This document shows, in pieces, positions 46,898-57,149 of a stretch of 64,000 nt of DNA. The stretch is from Ostreococcus lucimarinus. Its lineage: Eukaryota. The DNA lies in assembly GCA_000092065.1 (NCBI GenBank), contig CP000601.1; one strand, given 5' to 3'. Both the position numbers and the translations under genes were made by a program. The stretch's first letter is position 1. The number at the start of each line of letters is the position of its first letter. Under the pieces are notes generated by a model, which ran no database searches, was not told the DNA's origin, and saw nothing but the letters and a program-made list of their open reading frames with translations.

Positions 46898-48631
46898 ATG
46901 GCGAACGGGGGGCATCGCGGCGTGGACGTGGCGCGGCGATTGATTTTCGAGGACTCGACGCGACGCGGGACGGGCGCGCGCGATGGGAGCGCGCCGGGGA
47001 CGCCGGAGAGGGAGGGGCGGGCGAGCGCGGGACGCGGCGCGAGCGCGGGACGGGCGAACGCGGGATACAGCGATCGGTACGTGCCGTCGAGGAGCGCGAG
47101 CGCGGGATTTCGGGGTGATTTTAGTATGCTGGAGGCGTGCGCGAGCGTCGGGGTCGGGGCGACGGGAGGGGGTAGGGGTGAAGAGATCGGCGGCGCGAGC
47201 GGCGGCGGCGGCGGACGAATCGGTCGGGACGGACGCGGCGACGCCGATCGGGGACGGGAGGGGGACGCGAATCGCGATGCTGATAGCGCGGGCGCGCACA
47301 GGGGTGATGGTGGTTCGGCGCGAGCGCACGAGCGCGAGGATACGAGCGCGGCGTACGGGGCGTTGTTGCGAAGCGAGTTGCTCGGAGACGTGTGTCCGCC
47401 CGAGGCGTACGGCGTGACGCCGCCGGCGACGCCGAGCGCGGCGAGGTACCGACCGCGGACGCCGGCGACGCCGATCGATGGATCGTCGTACTCGTACTCC
47501 ACTCCCGGAAGGAACTTGTTCAAATTTCGCGACGATGGCTCGTTCGGGACGATCGCTCGAGGCGAATCGCCGTACGCGTTGAATCCAGTCGGCGACGGCG
47601 ACGGACCGCTCGGCATGACGCTTTTATCGCCGCGCCGCCGCGCGCCGCGAAAGATCGCGCGTAGTCCGTTCAAAGTACTCGACGCGCCGGCGTTGCAGGA
47701 CGATTTCTACCTCAACCTCGTCGATTGGAGTTCGAGCAACGTGTTAGCCGTCGGTTTGGGAACGTGCGTCTACCTGTGGAGCGCGTGCACTAGCAAGGTG
47801 ACCAAGCTGTGTGAGCTCGCTCCTAACGATTCCGTCGCCTCTGTGGCGTGGACGCAGCGTGGGACGTATTTGGGCGTCGGCACGAACAGCGGCGAGGTGC
47901 AGATATGGGACGTGGCCAAGTGCAAAAAGACGCGAGCGATGCTCGGGCACCGCAGTCGCGCCGGGACGTTGGCGTGGAACTCGCACACGCTCTCGAGCGG
48001 GAGTCGCGATCGCGCCATCTTGAATCGCGACATTCGATCACCGAGCGATTACTCTAGCAAGCTTCTCGGGCATAAGAGCGAGGTGTGCGGATTGAAGTGG
48101 TCTTACGACGACCAACAGCTCGCGAGCGGCGGCAACGACAATCAACTCTTCGTGTGGAATTCGCACTCGACGTCACCAATCTTGCGATGCAGCGAGCACA
48201 CCGCCGCGGTCAAGGCCATCGCGTGGTCTCCACATCAACACGGCTTACTCGCCAGCGGCGGCGGTACCGCCGACCGATGCATTCGGTTTTGGAACACCGT
48301 CACCAACACGCCGTTGCAGTGCGTCGACACCGGTTCGCAGGTGTGCAACTTGGTTTGGAGCAAGAACGTGAACGAGATCGTCAGCACGCACGGCTACAGC
48401 CAAAATCAAATCGTCGTCTGGCGTTATCCGAGTATGTCCAAGCTCACCACGCTCACGGGCCACACCCTCCGCGTGCTCTTTCTCGCCATTTCTCCCGACG
48501 GCCAAACCATCGTCACCGGCGCCGGCGACGAGACGTTGCGCTTTTGGAACGTCTTCCCCGGCATGAAGTCCCCCGTCTCGGGCGCCGGCGACAACACCGT
48601 CAGCACGCTCGCGCGCACGAGCATTCGGTGA
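46898..48631 (+). CDS. CDC20: CDC20/Fizzy-family WD40 activator of the anaphase-promoting complex
   Basis: ATG at 46898 (MANGGHRGVD..; the track M at 46841 is TTG). C-box-like and KEN-region N-terminus, then seven WD40 blades colinear with CDC20: DFYLNLVDWSSSNVLAVGLGTCVYLW.., VASVAWTQRGTYLGVGTNSGEVQIWD.., SEVCGLKWSYDDQQLASGGNDNQLFVW.., ..GHTLRVLFLAISPDGQTIVTGAGDETLRFWNVF. The C-terminal IR tail (..TSIR) is present. Confidence 0.9.
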   Translation: MANGGHRGVDVARRLIFEDSTRRGTGARDGSAPGTPEREGRASAGRGASAGRANAGYSDRYVPSRSASAGFRGDFSMLEACASVGVGATGGGRGEEIGGASGGGGGRIGRDGRGDADRGREGDANRDADSAGAHRGDGGSARAHEREDTSAAYGALLRSELLGDVCPPEAYGVTPPATPSAARYRPRTPATPIDGSSYSYSTPGRNLFKFRDDGSFGTIARGESPYALNPVGDGDGPLGMTLLSPRRRAPRKIARSPFKVLDAPALQDDFYLNLVDWSSSNVLAVGLGTCVYLWSACTSKVTKLCELAPNDSVASVAWTQRGTYLGVGTNSGEVQIWDVAKCKKTRAMLGHRSRAGTLAWNSHTLSSGSRDRAILNRDIRSPSDYSSKLLGHKSEVCGLKWSYDDQQLASGGNDNQLFVWNSHSTSPILRCSEHTAAVKAIAWSPHQHGLLASGGGTADRCIRFWNTVTNTPLQCVDTGSQVCNLVWSKNVNEIVSTHGYSQNQIVVWRYPSMSKLTTLTGHTLRVLFLAISPDGQTIVTGAGDETLRFWNVFPGMKSPVSGAGDNTVSTLARTSIR

Positions 48632-48920
48632 TTCACCGCATTCTTTCTTTCGATACGAATCCGTCTGTACCGCAAACTTTTTTCATTCATTCGTCGCCGT
48701 TGTAACTCGTACCACTCGACGCGTTCGTCCCGTCGCCCGCACACCGCGCCGCCCTTCCGCGCCGCGTCGACCGTCCACCAGCGCGCGCGTCGGCGCACCG
48801 TTCGCCGCCCATCCCGCGCGCGTCGCCCTCGCCTCGCCGTCCGCGCGCGCGTCCGCGCGTCCCGAAGCCGCCGCGCGGCGTCCCGAAGCCGCCGCGCGCG
48901 CGCGCCTCGCCTCGCCTCCG

Positions 48921-49778
48921 ATGTCCGCGCCGTCGTCCGGCGACGCCGCGCCCTCGACGAGCGGACGCGCGGTCTACGACGACGTCCTGCCCACGGCCTC
49001 GCCCTGGGGCGTCGTCGGGCGTCAGGCGGTGCTCGCCGCGGTGGCGGCGTTCAGCAAGTGCGTCCTGGACGTCGCCAACGTCACGACGACGACGAATCTC
49101 GCGACGTTCGAGCGCGCCATCGCGAATCGCGATCGAGCGAACGCGCAGGGATTACTCACGGTGTGCAATCACGTGAGCACGTTCGACGACCCGGGAATGC
49201 TGAGCGCGCTGATCCCGTGGTCGGTCTTCGTCGGCGAGCCGCGGCGCGGGGGCGTGCGGTGGACGCTGTGCACGGATGAGATTTGCGCGAAAACCAAGCT
49301 GCGAGAGAGCTTTTTCTTGTGCGGTAAGGCGCTGGCGATCAAGCGAGGCGGTGGGGTGGAGCAGCCGGCGATGCGAACGGCGGCGAATCTGTTACTGAGA
49401 GGGGATTGGGTGCACTTGTTTCCCGAGGGTCGCGTCAGTCGCGACGGAGAGTTGGGAACGATGCGAAGAGGCGTGGCGAAATTGCTGTGCGACGTCGAGA
49501 TCGCGGGCGGAACGCCGCCGATGGTGCTACCGTTTTGGCACTCCGGCATGTCCGACGTAAAACCGTACGGGCGATGGGAGATTGGCGTGGGTAAGCGCGT
49601 GCACGTTACCGTCGGCGAACCGCTCGATTTGACCGACTTGACGGCCAAGTGCGCGCGCTGCGAGAAGAACGCCAAGGCGCGCGACCATCTGCACGCGCAG
49701 ATCATGCGTCGCGTGGAGACCGCGTTGAAAGATTTAGAAGCCCAAAATAGGCGCGAGCGCGGCGACGCGTCCGCTTGA
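48921..49778 (+). CDS. TAZ: Tafazzin-like phospholipid/lysophospholipid acyltransferase
   Basis: HX4D acyltransferase motif region TVCNHVSTFDDPG. FPEGRVSRDGEL (FPEG motif). ..GDWVHLFPEG.., MVLPFWHSGMSDVKP, colinear with human TAZ (TVSNHQSCMDDP..GDWVHIFPEGKV..ILPLWHVGMNDVLP). Confidence 0.85.
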   Translation: MSAPSSGDAAPSTSGRAVYDDVLPTASPWGVVGRQAVLAAVAAFSKCVLDVANVTTTTNLATFERAIANRDRANAQGLLTVCNHVSTFDDPGMLSALIPWSVFVGEPRRGGVRWTLCTDEICAKTKLRESFFLCGKALAIKRGGGVEQPAMRTAANLLLRGDWVHLFPEGRVSRDGELGTMRRGVAKLLCDVEIAGGTPPMVLPFWHSGMSDVKPYGRWEIGVGKRVHVTVGEPLDLTDLTAKCARCEKNAKARDHLHAQIMRRVETALKDLEAQNRRERGDASA

Positions 49779-49837
49779 CCTCGTATTGTAACCGTCCGCG
49801 CGCGTCCCGGGTCAGCCGCAGAGCGCGCCTCGCCGCC

Positions 49838-50455
49838 ATGTCCCACTCCCCGTGGCACCGCCTCAACGCCACGCTCACGCTCGCCGTCGCCATTTTCGCC
49901 GTCCTCGTCGCGTGCGCGTCCGTCACCGATGTCTTTCACGCCTGCGCGCCGACGTCTTCGATGCCGTTCATGTCCCGAAGCCCGATCGTTCGAGTCGTCG
50001 ACTACGAACGCTTCGCGCGCGTCGCCGACAGCCGAGACGAGGCAGTGGTGAGGCTGGAAGTAGACTACGATCTGTCGTCGTGCGCGAGCTGGAACACGAA
50101 GATGGTGTTCGCGCACGTGACGGTGTCGTGGGAGACGGAGACGCGCGGCGTCAACGAGGCGACGATTTGGGACGACGCGGTAAAGTTTGATAGATGGGAA
50201 AGCGCGGAGAGTAAGGCGAAGAAATTGAGGAAACAGGGCGTGATACGGGCGAAGTATAAGCTACGGAGCGTGGACGAGCGGTTGTCCGGACGAGGGATGG
50301 AGGTGAAATTACGGTGGGCGGTGACGCCGCGCGCGGGACGGATTTGGCGAGGCGAAACGTCGACGTCGAATGCGACGTTTCCGGTCGAATATTTGAATGT
50401 AGGTGGAGACGGACAACGCGCGAGGGCGGCGCCGCGGACGCCGGGGATGCCTTGA
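49838..50455 (+). CDS. SPCS3: Signal peptidase complex subunit 3 (SPC22/23)
   Basis: ATG at 49838 (MSHSPWHRLNATLTLAVAIFAVLVA is a signal-anchor). DYDLSSCASWNTKMVFAHVTVSWETE..ATIWDDAV..KLRWAVTPRAG is colinear with SPCS3 (..[42 protein letters not shown]). The start codon is only 59 bp downstream of the TAZ stop on the same strand. Confidence 0.8.
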   Translation: MSHSPWHRLNATLTLAVAIFAVLVACASVTDVFHACAPTSSMPFMSRSPIVRVVDYERFARVADSRDEAVVRLEVDYDLSSCASWNTKMVFAHVTVSWETETRGVNEATIWDDAVKFDRWESAESKAKKLRKQGVIRAKYKLRSVDERLSGRGMEVKLRWAVTPRAGRIWRGETSTSNATFPVEYLNVGGDGQRARAAPRTPGMP

Positions 50456-50558
50456 TTCGATCAAGAGTTTAGAGATTTGATAATCGTACAGTAGTCGTCG
50501 CGTTTCGTCGAGCGTCTAAGCTGAAGCTATTTACAGTGCGCGCGCTATTCCTACGTTT

Positions 50559-52487
50559 CTACATGTCGATTAAGTTTGGGAGCTCGTCAACGTCTGCCAT
50601 CGTCGCGCCCGTGCGCTTAGACGGCGTCACGGGGGCGAGCGTGTCTCCGGCGTCGTCGAAAGACATCAAGTTCGCCATCATGTTTGCCGCGCCCGAGACT
50701 GATTCGACGCGTGGCGGCGGTGCCGACGCGAGCGTCGGAGCCGGCGTCGGTGCCGATGCGAGCGAGTCGACGATGGGCTCGCTCATCGCCACTGGTTCGT
50801 TCACTTCGACGGCTTCGCGCTCGACCACCGGTGATTGCGTCTGCGGCGGCGCGGGAACCGGCGCCTCTGCGGTCGACGCCTCGGCGAAACTCAAATTCTT
50901 CGCCGTTCCCTCGTCCGTCCACTCCGCCCATTTCGCCTGCAAATCCTCCGAACTCTTTTCTCTGAGTTTTCCTATTGAGTGTGCGAGCTGCGAACGTTTC
51001 GATGCGAACGCCTCGCGCATGCCCTGAATCGTCTTTGACGTCGAGTACGCCTTCTTCGCCTTTCGCATCGTCTCGCGAAGCGCGGAGCTTCCCACGGAGA
51101 ACGCGTGCGACGAAGCGGAGGCGAACTGCTCGGACAACGCTTGACCTCGCATCATTAAATCAGAAAGCGTCAACTCGCCCTCTTCGAGATCGAAATCGAC
51201 GATTTCGTCCCCCATGGGCACGAAGCCGGTTTTCCTCGCCACCTGGGCGCACATGCGCAATCGCTGTCGCACGAAGACTTCGTACATTTGCGTCCCTCGC
51301 ATCGCGGCGAGAATGCCGGCGTGCTTCAAGTTTCCGAGCTCGAGTCCTCGTTGGTCGAGCCATAAACTATCGGCGATGATGGCGTCTCGAGGCGGCGGAT
51401 GCGCGACGACGCCCTTGATGTGCTGCTTGTACGGCCCGAGCACGCTCGAGAAAAACGTTCGAAACACGCGCGCCACCGCTTGCGAGTCTTCACCTCGCGT
51501 GCGCTCGATCTCCCTGAGCAACCCGACGCGAAGGAGCGTGAACGGACCGGACGGAATCGCCTCGAAATCTTCCTCAAAGTACGTGAACGATCCGTCGTCG
51601 AGATTCAACGTAAAGACGTCGTCGCACGGAAGTCGCTTCGCGTCCTCCGACAGACTCGAATGCAAACCGACCAAAAACGGCATCGGCGCCGTCAAATAAT
51701 CCAAAAACGCCTCCGGAACGACGGGTAAAAATATGTGCTGCCAACTCAGCGGATACAGCGCCGCGTTCGCCGCGTGCACCGCCGCGCTCACCGCCTCCAA
51801 CCGCCCGCTCGTCAGCACCACCCGTCGCTCCGTCACCAACGCCGCGAACAGCGCCAGCACCGCCTCCACGTGCCCGCAGTCCAACAGCGCCGTAAATTTT
51901 ATCCCCCCGTTAAACTCCTTCCTCAGATCCGGCGCTCGCAGCCGCACGCTCTGCGTCGCGACGCCCGCGAACTCGGTCCACGGCAGCCCGACGTCCGCCG
52001 TCGTCCCCGCCGTCGGCGCCCGCGTCCCGATCGTTCGATCCAGGTACTCCCACAGCGCGTCCCCCCGCGCGAGTTCCCGCGTCGTCCCGCGCGCCGTCGC
52101 GTCCAGCGCCTCCATCGCGCGCGTCATCGCGTGTCGCAGGACGTCGTCGTGGTACTCGAACCGCGCCGTCCGCGTCAGCGCCGCCGCCGCCCGCCTCGCG
52201 CCGACGCGTCGCACCGCCCCGATCGTCCGCGCGCCGTCCGCGCGCGTCAGGCAAAACGTGAATCGCGTCGTCGTCGTCGCGCCGTCCGTCGTCCGCGCGC
52301 GCGCCGCGGCGCGACGCTCGGGAAACGCGAATCTCCCGTCGACGACGTTCGCGCACATCGCGCGCAGCTCCGCGGCGAGCGCGCCGTCGTCGCCCGCGAG
52401 CGTCGCGAACACCACCGTCGGAGTCCCGTCGTCGTCGTCGATCGCGACGAACGCGGCGCCGGTCGCCGCGTCGGTCGCGCGCGACAT
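50559..52487 (-). CDS. DENN-domain protein (uDENN-cDENN-dDENN), putative Rab guanine-nucleotide exchange factor
   Basis: ATG is the reverse complement of 52485-52487 (the track M is GTG). uDENN FVAIDDDDGTPTVVFATLAGDDG..FAFPE..FTFCLTRADGARTIGAVRR. cDENN YPLSWQHIFLPVVPEAFLDYLTAPMPFLVGLHSSL. dDENN-like helical region, then a Pro/Ala-rich tail. Confidence 0.75.
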   Translation of the reverse strand: MSRATDAATGAAFVAIDDDDGTPTVVFATLAGDDGALAAELRAMCANVVDGRFAFPERRAAARARTTDGATTTTRFTFCLTRADGARTIGAVRRVGARRAAAALTRTARFEYHDDVLRHAMTRAMEALDATARGTTRELARGDALWEYLDRTIGTRAPTAGTTADVGLPWTEFAGVATQSVRLRAPDLRKEFNGGIKFTALLDCGHVEAVLALFAALVTERRVVLTSGRLEAVSAAVHAANAALYPLSWQHIFLPVVPEAFLDYLTAPMPFLVGLHSSLSEDAKRLPCDDVFTLNLDDGSFTYFEEDFEAIPSGPFTLLRVGLLREIERTRGEDSQAVARVFRTFFSSVLGPYKQHIKGVVAHPPPRDAIIADSLWLDQRGLELGNLKHAGILAAMRGTQMYEVFVRQRLRMCAQVARKTGFVPMGDEIVDFDLEEGELTLSDLMMRGQALSEQFASASSHAFSVGSSALRETMRKAKKAYSTSKTIQGMREAFASKRSQLAHSIGKLREKSSEDLQAKWAEWTDEGTAKNLSFAEASTAEAPVPAPPQTQSPVVEREAVEVNEPVAMSEPIVDSLASAPTPAPTLASAPPPRVESVSGAANMMANLMSFDDAGDTLAPVTPSKRTGATMADVDELPNLIDM

Positions 52488-52645
52488 TCGCGAAGCGCCG
52501 ACGCGATGCCGCGTCACAATCTGACGCCGCGCGTCGTCGCGCGGCCCCGCGAGCGCGCGCGCGCGCGCGGGATGCTCGAGCGCGACGCGCGTCGCGCGCG
52601 ACGCGCGTCGGCGACGGCGTAGGCGCGAGCGACGCGACGCGCGCG

Positions 52646-52773
52646 ATGGAGAGCGATTTCGGCTGGGACGGCGCGGTCGACGACCGAGACGACGCGCGCG
52701 CGATCGACGACGGCGACGACGACGAAGAAGAAGAAGAAGAATCGTCCGCGCTCGCGAGGTCGCGCGACGCGTT

Positions 52774-52804
<31 letters not shown>

Positions 52805-55024
52805 CGGCGACGGCGACGACGCGCGACGGGACGACGGGCGACGACGGCGGCGACGGCGTTCGAGCGAACCGTCGCGGCGTGGACGGCGAAAGACCTGACG
52901 GCGAACGCGCGGGAGGGCGAGGGCGGGCGGATGGTGGCGGCGCGCGCGACGTACGCGAGCGCGGACGCGTGGTACGCGACGTGCGAGGCGTTGGCGTACG
53001 AGGAGGCGCGGGCGACGACGGCGGCGGCGACGTCGCGAGGACGAGGCGAAGCGTTCGACGCGGAGGTGGTGGAGACGCGCGCGAGCGATGGATTCGTGGA
53101 GCTGAGCGCGCGACGCGTCGGTGGCGAGAAGACGGCGAGGCGCGGAGGCGACGACGCGGATTGGCGTCGACCGGCGACGGTGGTGCTGTTGCGTCGCGCC
53201 GACGACGAGACGCGCTCGGCGCTCGCGCTCGTGCGGGGACGCGGCGACGCGCGGGGCGCGGACGTCGTGCCGCTGTTGGCGAAACGTTCGCGCATTTTCG
53301 ACGACGTCGAGGGCGTCGAGTTTAAAGCCGTCGCGCTGGCGTCGCTCGTCTCGTATCAGCGCATGGCGCACGCGTGCTTCGTGCGACCGCGCGTGGCGTT
53401 TGCGCACCAAATCGTCGGCGCCAAACGCGCGACGCACATAAAATTTAGCGATTCCGACGAAGACGACGACGAGCGAGTCGACGGGAAAAGTGGTGTCGAG
53501 GGTGATGATGAATCCTCGTGCGACGAGCGCGAGGGCGAGTACGTTTTACCGCTGAATGCGTCGCAGCGACGGGCGTTGCGTCGATTCTTCGCGCGCGACG
53601 GGCATTTCGATCAGTTACAAATGGTTCAAGGACCGCCGGGATGTGGGAAGACGCACTTCATCGTATCGCTCCTCGCGGTGCTCGCGGCGAAGAAACAGCG
53701 CGTACTCGTGTGCGCGCCGAGCAACAAGGCTGTGTGCGTCGTGATGGAACTTTACCTGCGAACGTGCGGCGAAGACGCCGCGCCGTGCGTGCTCACGGGC
53801 GCCGAGGATACGTTGCGAGAGGCGTCGTCGGTCGACGGCGGGGCGATGGATTATTTCATTTTCGAACGTTGCAACGTCATCGCGTCGTCTTTTCGACGAT
53901 CTTTCGTTTCGGGAGGCGACGGCATTCGCGAGAGCGCGAAAGCCGCGCGGCGAGCTCTGGAATCCATAGCGCCTTCGTTTTGCAAGGGCGTCGTCGCCGA
54001 AGGTCTCTCCGCCGTCGCCGCGATGGACGACGAAGCGTCCATGCGCGCTCGAGGTGAGGAGATCGCGCGAGAAATCGAAAAGGGCTCGGGGCGCGGTGAG
54101 CGTTCGGATGAATTCGCGCGCGAAGCTTTGAATCGCGCGAGCTTGGTGTTCTGCACGCTCGCGAGCGCAGGCCAGTCGATCATGTCTTCGCTCGAGCAGC
54201 CCGACGCCCTCGTCGTGGACGAAGCCGCGCAGGCGCTCGAGCCGGAGATTGCGATTCCATTTTTGCGGTATCCAAGAAAAGCACTGCTCGTGGGCGATCC
54301 TGCGCAGTTGCCAGCCACGTTGATCTCGGAAATCGCTCGACGTCACGGCCACGCGACTTCGCTCATGGAACGATTGATGTCCGCGAACGCCGAGCGCGCG
54401 AGTTTGCTCGACACGCAATACCGAATGCATCCGTCGATCGCGAGTTGGCCTGCAGCGCAATTTTACGGTGGACGCCTCGCGAACGCCGATCACGTGTTGA
54501 CGCGAAATCTCCCGCAAGGTCTTTCATCCAGCGTGCCGTCGTACGCCTTCGTGGACGTGGCGAGCGTCGAGAGTGGCGGAGTGGGAAAATCGAAGTGGAA
54601 CCAGCGCGAGGCCGACGTCGCGTGTGCGCTGATTCGAGCGTTGAAAACCAAGTCTCCGACGCTTTTCGTCGTGTGCATTACGTTTTACAGCGCGCAAGTT
54701 CGTGCCATCGCTCGAGCTTTGCAACGAGCAGGCGTTCGCGATGTGGCGGTGCACAGCGTCGATTCGTTTCAAGGAAGCGAGGCGGACGTCGTCGTGTGTT
54801 CCGCCGTGCGAAGCAACGCAAAGGCGAACGTGGGATTTTTATCCGATAAACGTCGTCTCAACGTCGCGCTGACGCGCGCAAAATATTCCTCAATTGTCCT
54901 CGGGTCGCGCGATACGTTGTCTCGATGCGGCGTCGACGCGTTGCGTTCGCTCGTCGAAGACGCCGCGGCGCGCGACGTCATCGTCTCCGAGCATGACATC
55001 GTGCGTAGAATTATTAGAAATTAG
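52646..55024 (+). CDS. Superfamily-1 Upf1-like helicase (AAA_11/AAA_12; Sen1/MAA3/ZGRF1-type) with an acidic low-complexity N-terminus
   Basis: ATG at 52646. Motif I VQGPPGCGKTHF. Motif II LVVDEAAQALEPE. GDPAQLPAT (III). QYRMHPSIASWPAAQFYGGRL (IV). SVDSFQGSEADVVVCSAVRSN (V). NVALTRAKYSSIVLG (VI). Head-to-head with the DENN gene, 158 bp between ATGs. Confidence 0.85.
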
Positions 55025-55088
55025 CTACAGTAGTCGATGTAGTCGATGTAGAAGTACTAGGCTATCGCAGCGCCGACGTGTCGAAATC

Positions 55089-56039
55089 TCACGCCAACCC
55101 TTGGCTCTTCAAACGCTGGATGAACAAATTAATCGGCGACAGGAGCTGCTGCGGATCCTCCATCGTCGCCACGGTGCCGCAGCCCTCGATCTCGATCCAG
55201 CTCGTCTTGCTCGCCTTCATCAACGAATTCATCACGATCGTGTCCTTGTACCAAGGGCTGCTCGTTCCCGCCAAAATCATCGCGTCTATGTCTAACGACG
55301 CGTACACGTGCTCGTTATCCAATCGATGCAACGCCGCGTCGTAATACGCCAACGTCGCCTCCGGGTTCATCTCTCGCATCTCCCTTCGCGCCGTCTGCGC
55401 CAGATCGCTCTCGTACATCCCATTCGACCCACCAAGTCCGCGATAACTAAACATTCGCTTCAGCAAGTGTTTCAACGTCCACGGCGTCCATCCGTGACGC
55501 TTCAAATTAAACTTGCAAACCGCCCCCAACGCGTGCTCCATCGTCCTCGCTCGTCCGCAACTCGGCGACACGAATATTCCCGCCCGACACGCGCTCGAGT
55601 GTCGTCCCGCGTACAGCGCCATCACCGTCGCTCCCGCGCCGACCCCCAAGCACGTCACATCGCGCAATCCAAAGTGTTTCACGACGTCCTCGACGATCTC
55701 CGCGTGCGCGTCCAGCGTCGTCGCCGTCGTCGCCGCGTCCCCGTCCCCGCCTCGATCTCGCCCCCGCGCGCCGTCCTGGCACCCCGGGGCGTCGATGTGA
55801 TACGCGCAGAACCTGCTGACGAGGTCGCTCCGCGGTCCCGCGCACACGAACAGCGGCTGGAAGCACGTGCGGTGGTTTAAACCGACGTCGTGGTAGGTGA
55901 CGAGCGCGGGTCTCGAGCGATCGGCGCCCTGCGCGGTGACGGTGACGGGGCCGTGGCGCGTCGGCACGACGTGCGCGACGCCCGAGACGTCGAAGGACGC
56001 CGCGGGTAACAGATCGAGCCCGTCCTCGGGGAGCGACAT
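55089..56039 (-). CDS. NDRG: NDRG-family (N-myc downstream-regulated, alpha/beta-hydrolase fold) protein
   Basis: ATG is the reverse complement of 56037-56039. HGPVTVTAQG..RPALVTYHDVGLNHRTCFQPLF..HIDAPGCQDGA..VTCLGVGAGATVMALYA..AMILAGTSSPWY.. is colinear with NDRG proteins (..ILTYHD(I/L)G(L/M)NH..CF..LF). Confidence 0.85.
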   Translation of the reverse strand: MSLPEDGLDLLPAASFDVSGVAHVVPTRHGPVTVTAQGADRSRPALVTYHDVGLNHRTCFQPLFVCAGPRSDLVSRFCAYHIDAPGCQDGARGRDRGGDGDAATTATTLDAHAEIVEDVVKHFGLRDVTCLGVGAGATVMALYAGRHSSACRAGIFVSPSCGRARTMEHALGAVCKFNLKRHGWTPWTLKHLLKRMFSYRGLGGSNGMYESDLAQTARREMREMNPEATLAYYDAALHRLDNEHVYASLDIDAMILAGTSSPWYKDTIVMNSLMKASKTSWIEIEGCGTVATMEDPQQLLSPINLFIQRLKSQGLA

Positions 56040-56139
56040 GACGGGACGGCGCGCGACACGCGCGACGACGAGTGCGGCGCCGGCGGCGCGGCGAACGCGA
56101 AGGCGACGCGCGAAGCGCGCGGAATTCTCACGCGAGTTC

Positions 56140-56772
56140 TCACGCGAAGCGCGCGTTGGCGTTCAACGCCAACCCGAGCTTAAAATCTAAATCGTCTCCC
56201 GGATCGACGAGCGCGCCGCGGACGAGCGCGGCGTGGCGTTGACGCATCTCGCCCAGGAGCGCTCGACTCTCGAGCGAGAAATCGTCCGCGGAATCGAAGG
56301 GTTCGTCTGCGAACACCATGTCCTTCAAAACCTCCCGCGGCGACTTGGCGCACCCGAGGCGAGCGTCCGCGAACACGCATCCCCACGGATCGCCGTCGCG
56401 GTCGGCGTCCTTCGCGAGGACGATTTCGAGCGCGTCCGACGCGACGCTCCACGCCGTCTCGTCCGCCTTGACTCGCCGCGCGAGCGCGCCGGATAATCCC
56501 TCGACGACGCCGTGCCACGACGTCCACACCGTCAGCGCGCCGTCGTCGACCGTCACGCGCACGTCCCGCCCGCGCGTGTTCGCGGGCAGTTCGACGGTGA
56601 TCTCCACCGTCGACGTCGTTTGATTCCACAACGCAATCTCCGTCCAGCACCTCGAAGAACCGCGACACGCGGACGACCACGCGCGACGCGCGCGCGCCGA
56701 GTCGGCGTCGCCGTCGGCGCGCGCGACGCATCCGTCGCTGTCGTACCCATCGTCGGCGTCGCCGGCGCCCAT
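56140..56772 (-). CDS. CS-domain (p23/NudC-like HSP20-fold) protein, 210 aa
   Basis: ATG is the reverse complement of 56770-56772 (MGAGDADDGYDSDG..). CS domain IALWNQTTSTVEITVELPANTRGRDVRVTVDDGALTVWTS... The 95 upstream codons of the track ORF are R-rich, GC-rich non-coding sequence. Confidence 0.6.
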   Translation of the reverse strand: MGAGDADDGYDSDGCVARADGDADSARARRAWSSACRGSSRCWTEIALWNQTTSTVEITVELPANTRGRDVRVTVDDGALTVWTSWHGVVEGLSGALARRVKADETAWSVASDALEIVLAKDADRDGDPWGCVFADARLGCAKSPREVLKDMVFADEPFDSADDFSLESRALLGEMRQRHAALVRGALVDPGDDLDFKLGLALNANARFA

Positions 56773-57149
56773 CGTCGCGCGCGTCGCCGTGTGACGCGTT
56801 TTCCGTCGACGTGCGTTTCGCGCTCGAGTAAAATAAAAACGGTCCGTCGCGCGCGCCGCCGTCGGCCTTCGACGCGCGTCGCGTCGCGCGCGCGTCGCGT
56901 CGCGCGCGCGGGGGCGTCGAAAACGAAGCGATCCATCGTTTTCGGCGCGTCGCGTCGCCCGTCGTCGCGCGCGTCGCGTCGCGACGCGCGCGTGCCGGCG
57001 CCGAATCGGCAAAAAAAAACGGTTTAGGTCGCGCGACGGACGGCGCGCGGCGCGCACACCGCGTCGCTTCGCGCGGCGTCGCGCGACGCTCGACGCCTCG
57101 GCGCGCGCGCGAGCGAAGGAACCGGACGACGACGCGCGCGGTCGACGCG

